From assembly GCA_051362555.1 (NCBI GenBank), contig CM120641.1, positions 21,762,001 to 21,826,000 on the forward strand: 64,000 nucleotides of DNA. Reading direction: 5' to 3'. This DNA comes from Lingula anatina (lineage: Eukaryota; Animalia; Brachiopoda). Position 1 is the first letter of the stretch. Every line of letters begins with the position of its first letter. Position numbers and translations under genes: made by a program. Below, in pieces: positions 25,637-39,200 of this stretch. The notes under the pieces are model-generated. The model was not told the origin of the DNA and made no database searches. It saw nothing but the letters and a program-made list of their open reading frames with translations.

Positions 25637-27912
25637 TACACAACACATGCCTTTCCATGACCAATTAAAAGAGAGAGAAATTACTTAGCATATGCCTTCT
25701 CCAGTAGAGCTGGCCAGTATTCGTTTGGTGTAATTTTGTTGTGTGCAAACTTCATCTCGTCATCTCTGCCCACGGGCAGTCGATCGTCTATCACGATTTC
25801 AACCCACTCGCCAAAGTACCAGAACCGAAAATGAAAAATACCTAGAAACAAAAATCATAGATAGTGAGCTATAAAAATCTCGTCCAGCCATCAATTTTTT
25901 AAAAATCTACTGTAATTAGGCTGCTGTCACAGACAGAGGGACATGAGTAGAAGACCAGAATAATTTCCTGGTTTCTGACAATATGTCAACCGCCATCTTC
26001 TTTTCTTTCTAATTCAAGCACACTAAATGTACCTTTCGTTAATTGTAATAAAGGCCACTGCAAATTACCGATATTAAAAAATTACAAAATTTCCAGTACC
26101 ATGTTTTTAAGAAATGAGTTTTGACCAATTAATATAACAATACTTTGCTCAGACGCCTCCTACACTTATTAATTTCAAATAACGCCAGCAGTTTGTTTAT
26201 TAGAGAAACGTATTCTCTGTATTGTATTCTCTGTATTTTTGTTATTATTATTATCATTTTTTTTTTTGGGGGGGGGTTACATAACGATGAATTGGATTTC
26301 TTACACAAAGTAATAAATATAATCATATTTCTTTTGTTTTAGCTCCAATTCCTACATGGTAGGGATACGTATTTGCCTTAGGCATTATTTTTCTGTTTAA
26401 TCTATTTTGGGGGAAATTGGGCAAATCCGGCCGACTTGCACATACGTTTTCAGTCTGACAGGTACCCTGACTTCCACTCTTTCGAAGTTCACTTTCACTC
26501 ACCTCCCATATCCCATATCCCACTCACGTAAAACACCCTATTTACCTGTAGAGCGGAGTATGTTTCGGAGTCTCAGGGTACCTGAGCAGGTGTTCCTACT
26601 CTGTGATAACTCCTGATTTTAGCAGTCCAAGTGGAATACCAAAACATTACACGCAAAGTCATATGGGTACTTAGCAAAAGTGAAGGCAATGTGTTGTTGA
26701 TGTAAAATCTGTGAGTATGTACGTGCATGTAAGAGAAACTGAGAAGGAGGAGGAGGAGGATACCTGCATAATCTCCATCTTCAAATGTCTGTTCCGGAGG
26801 CACCACTCTTTCAAATAACTCCGGCTTGGTCGCCAACAGAGCCGCTGACGCTACAAACCAGCAATCACCTGATGACCTCAAAAAACCGACAACACATTTT
26901 AATCAGTATTCTACTCATTTACATCAATTCCTCAAAATTTCAGAAAGAAATGCAGTTCCCATAAAATCTAGATTTAACATAACATCTTTGGAATATGAAG
27001 ACTGGTGCTCAAATCGGTTACTCTTACATAAAGATCAATAGCATGGCTTTATATGGTGCTTAATCATTTTCGGCACTGTGTGAGATGCAATACATCTATC
27101 AGTGAATAACAAGTGTAAAACCTGTGCCTTTCTTAAGAAATTCGATACTGTGCAGTGACTAAACTTTTACCGAATCAAGAAGTTCCTAGTGTTTTTTATT
27201 CACCTCCTCACCTATGTAGTCTCCCTGCGCGATATCAAAGCGGCTGGCACCTGCTACCAGAAACTTTGGGTCTGATACAAGTTCCTACAGAGATTAATGA
27301 AAAATAATTTTTATTATTGGACTGGTATTTTATAATTAAAGGTATTTTATACGGGATTTTGCATCACATCTAATTTTCGGGGGAAAAAAATTCTCTCTAA
27401 AATACGAGTCGTTGCTCGACCCGTCCTGCGCACTAGGATTCCATGTTTTGTCTGAATTGGAAAAAATAACTACATGCAGCTTTCCATGATGCTTAGACAT
27501 AAGAAAGTAGTATCAACATGGTGCATCATGGAACACATTTTGTACGACAAAGAAATAAATCAATAAATGTCTTGAGAATGAGCCAGTTAAGCCTACTGGT
27601 TATAGTAATCTTTATTCAACCTTCGGGGGAGTAAATCCAATAATTTCTTACCTTTGGCCTTTTCCAGGCATAAGGTCTGCTTATAGTGTATTCGGGACCG
27701 ATAGTGCTACTTTCTGCCCCGAAATCCGGATCCTCGTACAGACGGCCGTCTCTGAGGCACGCCGCCTTTAAGGAAGCGTAATCTTCAGAAGTCTGCGTTG
27801 AGAAGGACTCTGGCTGCATTCGCCGTTGGAAGGCGGGGGAGTCGTAAGACCCAGGAAACGGTTCCCAGGGGCTCTGGCTTTGTTGTTGAAATGATAATTG
27901 TTGCTGATCCAT
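20086..27912 (-). CDS. CAPN: Classical calpain (CysPc + calpain-type beta-sandwich domain III + penta-EF-hand), about 757 aa, 19 coding exons
   Basis: Exons 27652-27912, 27212-27284, 26764-26868, 25685-25841, 25336-25513, 25066-25149, 24690-24775, 24007-24084, 23793-23889, 23381-23471, 23042-23181, 22550-22764, 22331-22406, 21784-22003, 21431-21492, 21072-21140, 20663-20741, 20296-20471, 20086-20112, all in phase (2274 nt). Motifs: YEDPDF, WKRP, GDCW (Cys), [20 protein letters not shown] (His), LRNP (Asn), [19 protein letters not shown]-hand [12 protein letters not shown]. Confidence 0.95.
21141..21430 (-). other. U12-type (minor spliceosome) GT-AG intron in the calpain PEF region
   Basis: 5' splice site GTATCCTTTT; branch-like TTTCTTAAT at 21154-21162, close to the AG; no polypyrimidine tract. 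Confidence 0.85.
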
Positions 27913-29914
27913 TGTATTTAAAGAACGATCCAAGTCTTGCTTCTGATCAAACAATATGGATTTAGTAGGCCTATATCAAGTATATGTTAAGCTGCAGCAA
28001 TCGCACAGGTCTCAATCTTAGTGCAGTGGTAAAAGTCGTAGAGATGATGTATGTTTTTCTGGTGGCTACTATCCAACTCCCGGCGTCTCACTGCACTGTG
28101 AATCATTGCTTGGGCCTCTAGGTAATCGTGGTGCGTTGAACAGATTCCAAACTAAGAGGCTGAGGCTCAGAAAGCTCTCTGGCATTCACTCTTCCGAAGC
28201 CTAGTCGGAGACTGGTAGATAAAAAAAGCAATAAAATAAAACAAATGAGTAAATAAATGCAAAACTATTTTTCGTCAAACGTGGCTCTACATAGTACTTC
28301 TATATTTTAATCGTAATTCTATATTTTAAACTTACAACTATGCTATGTTTTATGCTTGTTGGCAGTAGTGCTCCTTTTTTTTCATTCCAGGTTTAAGCCT
28401 ATCTAACTATTTAATTATATGTTCTTATCAATTTTGTATTTTAATGTGAATTTAATATGAATAAATGGATTCTTATATCCAGACTTTACGTTCTCAAATT
28501 ACAGATAAAAGAGAAATAACCTCTGTGAATTCCATTAAAAAATTGCCAAAAAAGTATGCTACATGTCCCCAATTAGTCCTTCGCAATGTGTGGTTGTGGC
28601 CTTGAAGTTGTTTTTCTCAACAGCATTTGCCTCATCTCACCTAACACAATTTATTAGTATCGCATACAGTATACCTTTCTGTGCATTTAGCATCCCCCTC
28701 TGAAATGTAAATAAGTTTTGCTTAAGACTAGACAGTGGCTTTTCTATACAGTTGCAATTTGAGTATATGGGACCTACATTCTACATTAACAAACCAGCTA
28801 CTTCAAACGATGTTCTGTCCAAGTTATCTTAAAATTAAAATAATTTTGTTTAATTCACAAAAATATCCCTAGATGCAGGAATAATGGTAATCACGAAGAA
28901 ATGAACGAAATACGCATTGATGAACTAGTGTTATAACCGAATAACCATATAAATTTGGAGAGTCATACTATCTTGGCGACATCTTCTATCTCCGAGATAT
29001 CCCGTGAAATCAAAGTGTCACCGCCATGAAGAACAGTGAGCCATTCAAACGACTTGATAACTTTTTGCCTCGTTAAACACAGGTAGGTCCATATGAAAGT
29101 GTTTAAGAAACCGCTTGTGATCTTTGATTTTTCTACATGTACAAGCTGCGAGCACTGGGCTCAAAAGAAAGAAAAATAATAATCACAAAATGCCATTTAA
29201 TGAGCTAATTTATGAGAGCAAATTAATAAGAGATTTTTTATTTAGCTTGTAATACTACAAAATACACAATTAAATCCCCCTCCTCCCTGGACAATACTTT
29301 TGTCAAGTTTGCATTCTTCATATTGATTCATACTCATTTAAAAATTGATTTTTGGAGAATTATTGCTAATTTCACCCTCTCAATATCGTTTGGAGTTTAA
29401 ATTATTTATTACTCAAAGCAATCAAAACGAGGATAATATTATATTCCTAGAATTGATTGGCACTTCTGACAGCTAAATGAAGTGTTGGCAGTGAAAAAAG
29501 ACCTTCTATACCATAATTATTATCTGTTAAAGAGGTTTCTCTGGTACCATAGTCAACCAAATGTGGTATGGATCATTTTATTCTTTGTGGCTAATTAAGG
29601 ACCTATAAAACTGGTCTGTAGGAGAAAGAATCTGGTTCATTAATATATTTGAATGCGGCAGCCGCTGTAATTTAATCATAATTGAATTCATTTCACATCA
29701 GTGATATAAATTAATATTGGGCAATTTTCTTGAAAGAAATGCAACCAGAAAATAAAAATAAATAAATAAATAAATAAATAAAAGAAGTGCAGTCTAGTGT
29801 ATATCAAAAAGCGCCCTTGGACCCGGCCTTATAAATGTCAAATGGGATCACACCGAAACAAAATTCATCCAGTACGAAAAGAAACCGCGACACAAATTCC
29901 CTACCGACCCTGAG

Positions 29915-30276
29915 CTCACGCTTGCCAATAAAGCAAGTGTAATAAAATCCATAAATAACCGCGAACAATAATATTGTTAGTAATTGTTTTCAAGGTAGAT
30001 GAAGTGAGAAATTGGTTTTGTATAACGTAACAGCTAGACCTTATTCGGACTGGCCAATGAGGAAGCCGTGTCTTAGCAACCGAGACAATGAAAACAATGG
30101 CGACACGGGACACCAAATATTGTTCACGTCAGTAAGAACCGAGAACAACTACCAATAAGTTAGAACCAGAGAGAAGGTTGCCATCGTCGCCCAGGAACAT
30201 CGGCTGAAGAGTTAGTAGGGATAAAGATAAAAACACCACCCCAAGAAAGCGGTCTCGACTCAAACATCAGAGCAAA
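29915..30276. promoter_or_regulatory. Putative bidirectional promoter (calpain on minus, SAXO-like gene on plus) with RFX X-box-like, CCAAT and CRE-like motifs
   Basis: CpG-rich. GTGTCTTAGCAAC at 30068-30080, ATGGCGAC near 30097, GTTGCCAT at 30177; CCAAT near 30054 and 30152, ATTGG at 30011; CACGTCA near 30125. A minus-strand donor gtgag at 29915-29919 could splice to the acceptor at 28212. Confidence 0.55.
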
Positions 30277-33200
30277 ATGACGGACGCTCTAGTTGAGACG
30301 CGAAGGGTTCAGTATTACGGGACGAACAGAAACATAGATCGGGAGGCAAAACAACTTGTGAAGATTCTAAAAAAGGACCACGTTCTTCAGAAAGGGGAAT
30401 ATAACCTTGAGGAGGCAAATGTGGACAAAGGCAATTTGTGGAAAAGTACGACTTTGCGGGATTTTTCGGTAGGTAACATGTGAAATTTACCTGTTACTTT
30501 CGTACTAGTAGGCTACTATGACATTGTGCGACGTCACAATCACTCCTCACAATTAATAAAAAGTAACCATAGAAAATCGTCGTATAGTACGTTCATAGAG
30601 TTAATTCTGACACATTAGTAATATTTTAGTTATGTATGATATGACAATGGAGAAATAATTTTATGAACAGAACTTTCATATAGCTGAAATTAAACAGCGC
30701 AGTCTGAGATTTTGTTTTTAAACAAGTAAAACACTTCGATATTTACAAAGACTAAAAGCAATTTGCCAGATTTATTTCGTAAAGTGAAGTTGAAAAATCT
30801 TCTCCCAGCGACTATCGTATTTCGTAACAACAACCAAACCTTGTGTTCCGAATTAATCTTTATCGCCAGACGTACACCATGCACTTGATCTCTCCCTTGC
30901 CCTTCAGACATTGCCAAGTGCTAGTTTAATCTTTATTCTGACACGCTCATAATCGTTGAACTACTTTGGGTAGAGCAAGCAGTGCCTTTAGAGCTTTGAA
31001 ATCTATGTGAGAGAAACTTCAGAGTTATTGCCAGGCCCTGGTATACAAACCGGGAGGACCGTCTTCGAGACGCTAGTGCCAAAAGTTATGTGCCTCAGCA
31101 ACACACCCTCCCGACCCTTGAACGCTAGGGGTAGTGTAAAGTTTATTCAGCCATGTTTATAGTTTAATTCACTCTTTGGGTTTATTCTTTCTAAGCATTG
31201 ATGAATTGCATCTTTTCAGTTCTAATTAACAATAGGGGAAGGACTGTTACAATGCATTATAAATTTCACTGTGGCACACAAAGACCACCAATCTTTGCTG
31301 CCGTTGACGAGAAAGTCATTGAGTAACTGTTCTCGCAGTTTTATTAGATAAAATGCATTAATGAATGAAATAAGATATAAAATATGAGCATCTACTTAAT
31401 GGGCAACAATCAAATAGGATGAAAAAAACAACGATATTAATTTTAAAAGGTGCTTTATAGAATATATAAAAGTACGTACTGTCTTCTGAAATTGTATAAG
31501 TTCGCGTAGATGTGCAGTGTTTTCTGACTGAACATTTAATGATCGTAAATACATCAGTAATGGCAGAGTGTTGGTGAAAATTTAATTTAAGTTGGCATCG
31601 AGGGATATTTATCAGATGGTGGTTTTCATCTTGAATAAGATCAGTATTAAATGGGTCTAAGAAAGGCTCCAGATATTCACGAAAAGAAATAAAATAACGA
31701 TACTGTCTATTTAAAAGTTAATCAGGATGTTAACACGTTATTGACTGACCTACGGAACGTGGGTTATATTTACCAAGTAGTCAATGACAATGTGTCTGAG
31801 TGTATCAAATCTTTCTGCAAACAGCAAAAATCATTAATCGCCTCCAGAGTTGCACAGTAATCCTTAACGTACAAAAACGGGCGATCAATAGATCAGTCGA
31901 TTTCTCTTCCTTACCCGATTGACAAACAAAGGTCAAATATGAGCCCTATACATATTTAAATACTGAAACTCTTTGGGCCTGAACCTAACACTAAAGATTT
32001 TCCCTTTTATTATTCTCCAACGCAATGTGTGTGGCAGACACGATTATGTGAAAGGACGTACGGGTGGAAATTATTCCCTGGCAGAAAACAGTATTTTAAG
32101 CCAGGAGTTTATTTTGATCGCACCCGATTCAGCTCTGTGGTCTGAGCGCTATGCATGGGTACTTGAAAAAGTTTTGACAGCAGCATGGTTAGATTGAATC
32201 AACTTGAAAACTGTTTTAAAAATTGTATCATTTGTTCTTCTCACAGGGCCAGAGACCAGCAAAAGTAGGAAAGCAGTATGAAGGAACAAATCTTCAGGTA
32301 GGAACTCTCACTCACTCCCATCTCATTAAATTGTTTCTTTCTAGTGAAGCACGGAATCACGTTTATTGTACTATAATTAATGGCTATTTAAAGTGTTCCT
32401 ATCAGACTGTACAAACAGAGTCGATTTATTTAGAGTTTATTTGAGCACTCTAAATAACCCTTTTTAGTTTCATAAGTCCAAAATTCTCAAATCCGTCTTG
32501 AAATACAAAGTTGCTTTGTTGTCGCACTGCGATTCAGATCCCTCCCCTCCACAATAAGGTCGCGCGTCAAGGTTATTTTCAGTTGCACCCTGGATTACGC
32601 ACGCTTGCTCCGCAAGGTGTCGCCTGTGGTGGGGGGGCATCACAGCCCATATGGTTACTGTGGTGAAGGTGACAGGTACTTCCAAACATTTTTTCATAAC
32701 TGTCATTTTTCCTTATTCTATTCATGAATTTGATATTTACGGCAATTGAAAATGTGGCACCGGCAAAAGTGAATCTAGGTGCGTTGACAGGCCGCACAGG
32801 TGTCCGCAATTAACCGCCGCCAGAGAAGAGACCGCAAGCATTAAACAACACAACCGGTAGATATTGGAAATTTGGAGAAAGTTAAGCAACTGAGGCTTTA
32901 TTAGATTTGTACAGAAATCGGGGGTAATGCCTAGTGACATGCCAAACCCCTAAGTTCAAGTCTTGGCCCTTGACACCTGTAACGCACCCCTTAGTCAAGA
33001 ATCTGAACAAATCAATGTTGGGCAGGTACAGGGTATACTCTATTTTCTACAGGTGTTTTGTGATTTTATCAACTTGATTGTCAAGTGCCAGACCTTTTGT
33101 TCTCAGGTACTAGTAGCAAACTTTATCAGATAACAATCTGACACTAACCAAGCTGCACTAACAGCGCTGTAAACCCAGTTATCAATGCTGTCATCTTTAC

Positions 33201-36200
33201 CTATATCTTTACCGGTATTATGCCAGGGGTACGTTTGATACATTTGAGTAAGGAAATATGCTTTTATGCTTATATTCATTTGTAATACGTTAGCATCAAC
33301 CTGTTAATAAAAACTTGGAAACTTTCAATGTTATTACACAATAACAGTATAATGATGGGAGATGTTATGATTAAATGCTTAGAAGAATAATAAAAACAAA
33401 TTATGTGAAATATAAAATGAATTGATTTTATTTGGGTTATTTATTTATTTATTTATTTCAAACCAATTAATTATCAAACATATGAAGCTTATTTTAAGAA
33501 ACATTCGCAGATATATGAAATATAACCCTGCTGGTACACAGATCTACAGTTCTAAAATGCAAATACCAAGTACCTTTCACACACCACTGATGAGATGTGA
33601 ATAATCATATGTATAAAGTAGTAAAAATATCACAAAATGTGTGTAAGCAAGATATTTCTACAAGTAACCTCATTAATCAGTCAGGAAACTTCATAATGCA
33701 CCCAATAAATGTAGAAATTTGAGCCAGAGAAATTCTAAATACAGGCATGACAGATTTACCATATATTGCCATCAACCCTTAACTGAATGGGCATAGAAAG
33801 AACAAAGTGAGTCTCCCTCCCATTATAAATGAGAAATAAAAATAAATAAATAAATAAATAACAGATACAATGTACTGTCATTCTTAATACTGAAAAACAA
33901 TGGCACCTTGCAGCCTTCACTGCCTCACTATTTGCAGACAATGTTCTAGTCACTGTAACTGTGTACTTTTGATGAGGCATAGATGCAAGAATGACTTCTT
34001 TGAAGTATATTGTGAAGGTCTCTTTTGTCATAAATCTGCCACGTATAACCTGAATGTACATATAGCGATTCACACCGCAGCAGCTTGTCTTAGTAAGGAC
34101 TCAACCAGTTTGAAAACTTGTGGCATAGCTTCAGGGACAAGATCACACCATCTATCCTTGCTGTGATGATGGATCTACTAGTACATTATCTATGTCTTGT
34201 CCTCCTAGTTTCTCTAATGCCATTTCCCCTGATCTATGCTCACATCAATCTCTACAGCTTTACCAACTGCTACACAGTTTTTACATCTGAAAGTATAAAG
34301 CAAAAATTGTAATAAAGCACCATCAATTTACTTGTTAGATATTGATTCGAGGGCAAGAGAAAAATGCAGAAACCTCATATCATAATCAAGATAATTGAAA
34401 ATCAAATATGCATAATCAAATTAATAACTTAAATTGTACATAATACTGATGATTTAATCTTTTAAACTTCAGCATAAATTTCTCTTGTTAAAGCATAGAC
34501 ACTTTATTAAAATGTGCTTGAACAAATAATAATAATAATAAACAACCTGCACACAAGATGGAACATGGAGGTCAATTGCCACAAAATAAGTTGATTTGTA
34601 CTTGGTAGCCTGAGAAATAGTATCAGGTATTAATTTGAGCAGTAAATTGAGTAATAATACCACAGAGTTAACAATGACACAAGCATATGGTGTTGTGTAA
34701 CAAAATTCATGCATTACTTGCTGTGGCAGTGTCCTCCCCAACCTATCGTGCACCGCAGGTTTTGATTTTCAATGTCATCAAAAATGTTTATTGTTGTTAG
34801 TTTGATTTACGTATCTGCTATTCAAATAATATCGTTTGGAAAATAACTAACTGATTTAATTATGCTTTTGCAACATGAAATCATCATAAACTTTGCCGGT
34901 TCACGTGTATACAGTACCTTGCTATCAGTGCTGCTCTTTTCTCCCTAACTCGTCACTGACAGGCTAACCACATCGTTTCAAAACAACGTTGGTATGCTCC
35001 TTTACTTTTGGTGTTGGCAGTTTCGCCCCGGGGACATCGTTTTTGGTTAAAAACAACCTATCGTTTTCACCCATCTATACATTGCTCCTGTACAAAATGG
35101 CCGCTTGCTGCCCCCCCAAGGGAAAAATCGTAGCACGTGGGTAGTTACGCAAGACCTGTGACGTATAACGCGCGCAAGGTTATTAAGGAATGCCGAAAAG
35201 CTTAATCTTCGTCTGTTCGTAGAAACTTATGAGCAATCAAGCATACCTTTATTTCTAACCATGCGATAACATTTTTTTCTTTCTTTTTTTTTCAAAACAG
35301 AACTTGACCCACTTTAAACTCGGGAATGAGAGCGGGACCACTCTGCCCAGTTATACTTACCGTGAGTCGACTGTCCGAGAGGATTACTCCGAGAAGCCCG
35401 TGGAAAAGGTAAAAAACAACCTTTATTCCCGTCAGATCAGTTCACTGTCTACGCATTCTTTTCCATTTCATTAATCAAGATTAAATCTGAAACAGTTTGA
35501 TTTAGTTTTTTTTGGGGAAAATAAATGGAATGAATAATACTTCAAATTGACTTTCGTGCATTTTCTACATTTCGTTTTCAGCCGCACGTCCACGTGGAAG
35601 ACAGAACAGTGAACTGGCCGGACATGGCTCCCCAGTTTATGACGGACAGATCTGTAGGCAACTCGGAATACACCAATATGTACAAAAACGACCAGGTGAA
35701 TACTTTAAAATCAAACAATTATTGCGTTTAGTTAAGACTTGCCTTATCAATTTCATAAACTGGCATTTCTAAAGCGTTATGGTTGAATAGAACGATGGAC
35801 AAATATAGGCCTAATTGCTGAGTAATCATATATACTACAAATAGTACTATTTTTCTATGCTAAATATAACCGAAAATATTTCACTTTGGTAGTTTGTTAC
35901 TCCTCGAGCCCCAACATTTCCTCGACTTGATACTTCCAAGATGCAGCTTCCGATCAACATGGAGAAAACCAAACCTCTGAGAGGTGTGCACGTGGACTTG
36001 GGGTGCGATCAGCCAAAGTAAGAAAATCATTTTATTATTAAAGTGGAAGAAAATCTGATGTATTAAAAAGAGATCAAAATGGTCGTATTTTTTTTTTAAT
36101 TTAAGAAATGCTACACTTTTATCAAATAATAGACACATTTTTATATCAGCATAAATGGCTTTGGAATGATTATCGCAGCCTATGACACATTTATATTTTC

Positions 36201-39200
36201 ATTCATAGCCTTGAATCAGAGACTGAGTATGCCTACGGCATATCCCAAGGAAAGAAAAGACCAGGGTCCAGTGGGGGACTGACCGCTAAGCTGGAGGAGG
36301 CCAAACAAGTGACCAAGATGATGAAGGACATGGAGAGGTCATCGCATGTCTTTAGAGGAGGGGACTATAACGGGATACGTAAGTGTACTGGTATTAGGGA
36401 TGAATGAAAGGAGGGGATATCGATACTAAAGCGGGATAAGTAAGAATATGGGGATGAATGGAAGGAGGGGATATGGATTCTATAACGTGATAAGTATGTA
36501 TATTAGGGATGAATGGAAGGAGGGGATATGGATACTAAAACGGGATAAGTAAGTATGGGGATAAGTGATTTCATTGACAAGGAGAGGATACTAAAACGAG
36601 ATAAAGATATTTTGCATGTGCAAGGATAAAGATGGAGAGCAATAATGGGAAATTAATACAGACAGTGAGATAATAAGACGGAATATATGGTATTACACGA
36701 GTAAAAGGGGGGCACTGTTTCGCTTTGAATAATGATAGGGCCTAAATCATCAAAAGCTATAAAAAGCTATTGTTTCAGAGTAGGCTTTTAAGTCGTATTA
36801 CTATTTCAGAACAAAGTATGGCCAGTACGTTTAGTGTTGATTACGACAAGACGGACAAGATTCCCATCACAGTGCGATTCCCTATGGCGGCAATTATGAG
36901 GTAGGTGTGGTCGTGTTTACCGAATATAGAAATGATAAATATAGCATTGTGCGCATTTTGAATATTGAATCGGAAACGTAACGTTTACGAAAGAGTAGTG
37001 TCACGTAACAAAAGGTGACGTACCACTGCGTCATGCAAAACGACGTGACGAAATCTTTTCTGATGTCACATAAACTGATGAAGTAAAATAAGTGCAAGTA
37101 CATTTAGTCTCCTGAAATATGTTTTTGTCTTTTGTTTCAAGATGCCTTGTTTCATTTCAGATCCAGCCGCGAAGAACAGGACAAGGCCCTTAAGGATAGT
37201 AATGAAGAGGAAGAAGACGAGGAGAAGAAGAAATTACCCAAAATCATTAAGGAAGCTATGGAGAGCCACAACGGCACGGGAGGTGAGAATAAGCTTTAGT
37301 AGTTAGAGTGCAATGTGCATGCATGTATGTAATAACTAACAATATAATGAAGATATTTCACTTTGCATATAACTCCTGGACAGTGCATCCATCCTTTACT
37401 AACATATACAGCATGCCCGTTTAAATAGATAATTAGATCACTAACCAGTGGCTTGTTTGGTAGTTTCTTCTAGCCATCCTGATCCATGGGACTTGTTCTT
37501 TGTACAAACTATCCCCAACAGTGAGTAGTGTGGAGAGTGCGTTCATTGCGGTTGTTGAGTTCAGATATAATCACCCATAGTTAAAGCAATTGCAGAGTTT
37601 CTCTCATTTATGCATGCTGTTGCAACACAGATTGAGTGTTCTCTTTCTTTTTTTAACTAATGCGTGTATTATATTATGCATGAAAATTTATCTTATGTTT
37701 TTATAAAAAAGGGAAAGTTTTTGAGTTTTCAGAAGTCTAATAAAGAGAGTACATGCATCTGACAGGGAAAACTCAGATTGTAATATTCTTTTGCATTCTC
37801 AACAATCTTTCATTGTAGCAGTTGATTTACAAATTCTCTTTTACAGATCTTAAATCGACATGATTTTGTTATGCTGTTCTATCATTCAAGTAGCGCAACA
37901 TTTTGGTCAGTAGGACGAGTTTATTACGTTAATATAGTCTTTTAGACACATACAGTTTCTTTCGATTTTTTTTCACCGTTCATCATTTTCATGTATAAAA
38001 ATTTCTCTTTTTAAGATGCAGCCGAAGGCACAAGGTACCACACCAAGGCTCACTTCAAGGTAATAAAGTTGGAAATTAATAAACCCTTTTAATGTCTTTC
38101 TTTACGTTTATTATAAAGCTTAATTAAAAACTCCATGCGTTTATACAATTTTGTTATCAGTTATATTATATATATCCTCATGTTGACGTACATCTTTCAG
38201 TTTGGAACAGACGACGGCAAGTTTGACTCCGTGTACACCAAAGACTTCATGCCCGGTACAAAGAATAAACTCAACAAGCCCGCTCACATTGGTGCTCCGG
38301 CCGATTCAGACGTAAGAATTTTTGATGATTGTGAAAGTAATCCCTATTTATTTGCTCTCTGTGAACTTTTTAAAACAATCCTATAGTACAGCACATTGTT
38401 ATTTTTATCAGTTGTAAATACCATGTAATTTGTTATTATTCATTTTGATATAAGCATACCTTGTTTTCCGTTCACTCGCCAAATGTAACATGCCATCGGT
38501 GTTGCATATTAACCAACATGATGCTGGTGGAGGTTTGGACATATAAGTTGTGAGGTAGACCAACTTCATAGAAAAAGTAATTTTATTTCAGGTTTACCAC
38601 AGAGACCCATCTGATTGGTTCCGGACAACAAACAAAGACGACTTCTCTGGCAGTGTTCCGTTCTTGGCAACTAAATCTGTAAGTCGAATCTCTGTGAAAA
38701 TGACTGATAAAAAACTTATCTTAAAAACAAATTAATTTTAATTTTAGGTATTCTATTGTGAAAAAAATCTCCAATTGCACGTAGGGGCCTAATTGTAAAA
38801 AGCTGAATTAATGTTTAGATTGCTAACATAAATGACAAATACGACTTCTCTGGCAGTTTTCCGTTCATGGCAGCTTAAGCTGTAAGTCGAACCTTTGTAA
38901 AATTGACATATAAAACACTTATTAACTTCAGATGGAAGAGAGAAGTAGACAGATCCGCCTTAACAAGAGCAAGCGGCATGGTCACAATCTCAGTTTCTCT
39001 TACGATCCTAGCTGGTCTACAGCGCACAGGCAGCAGTCACGTAAGTCTATTTTAGTGCTATGTGCCGATTACATTGCAGAGGTCGTGATCTATCCTACAG
39101 CTTTTACTAAACTCATTGTTGTAAAACTTTAAACCCGCCGATTGAAAAAATTATTTTTCTTGATAAAACGTTGCTTTTCAAGTGTTTCTCCTGGTCCATG

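Noticed and set aside
26755-26763. Calpain donor GTATCCTCC resembling a second U12 site
   Set aside because: Deviates from GTATCCTT, runs into a CCT repeat, and its acceptor has a U2-type pyrimidine tract with no U12 branch motif.
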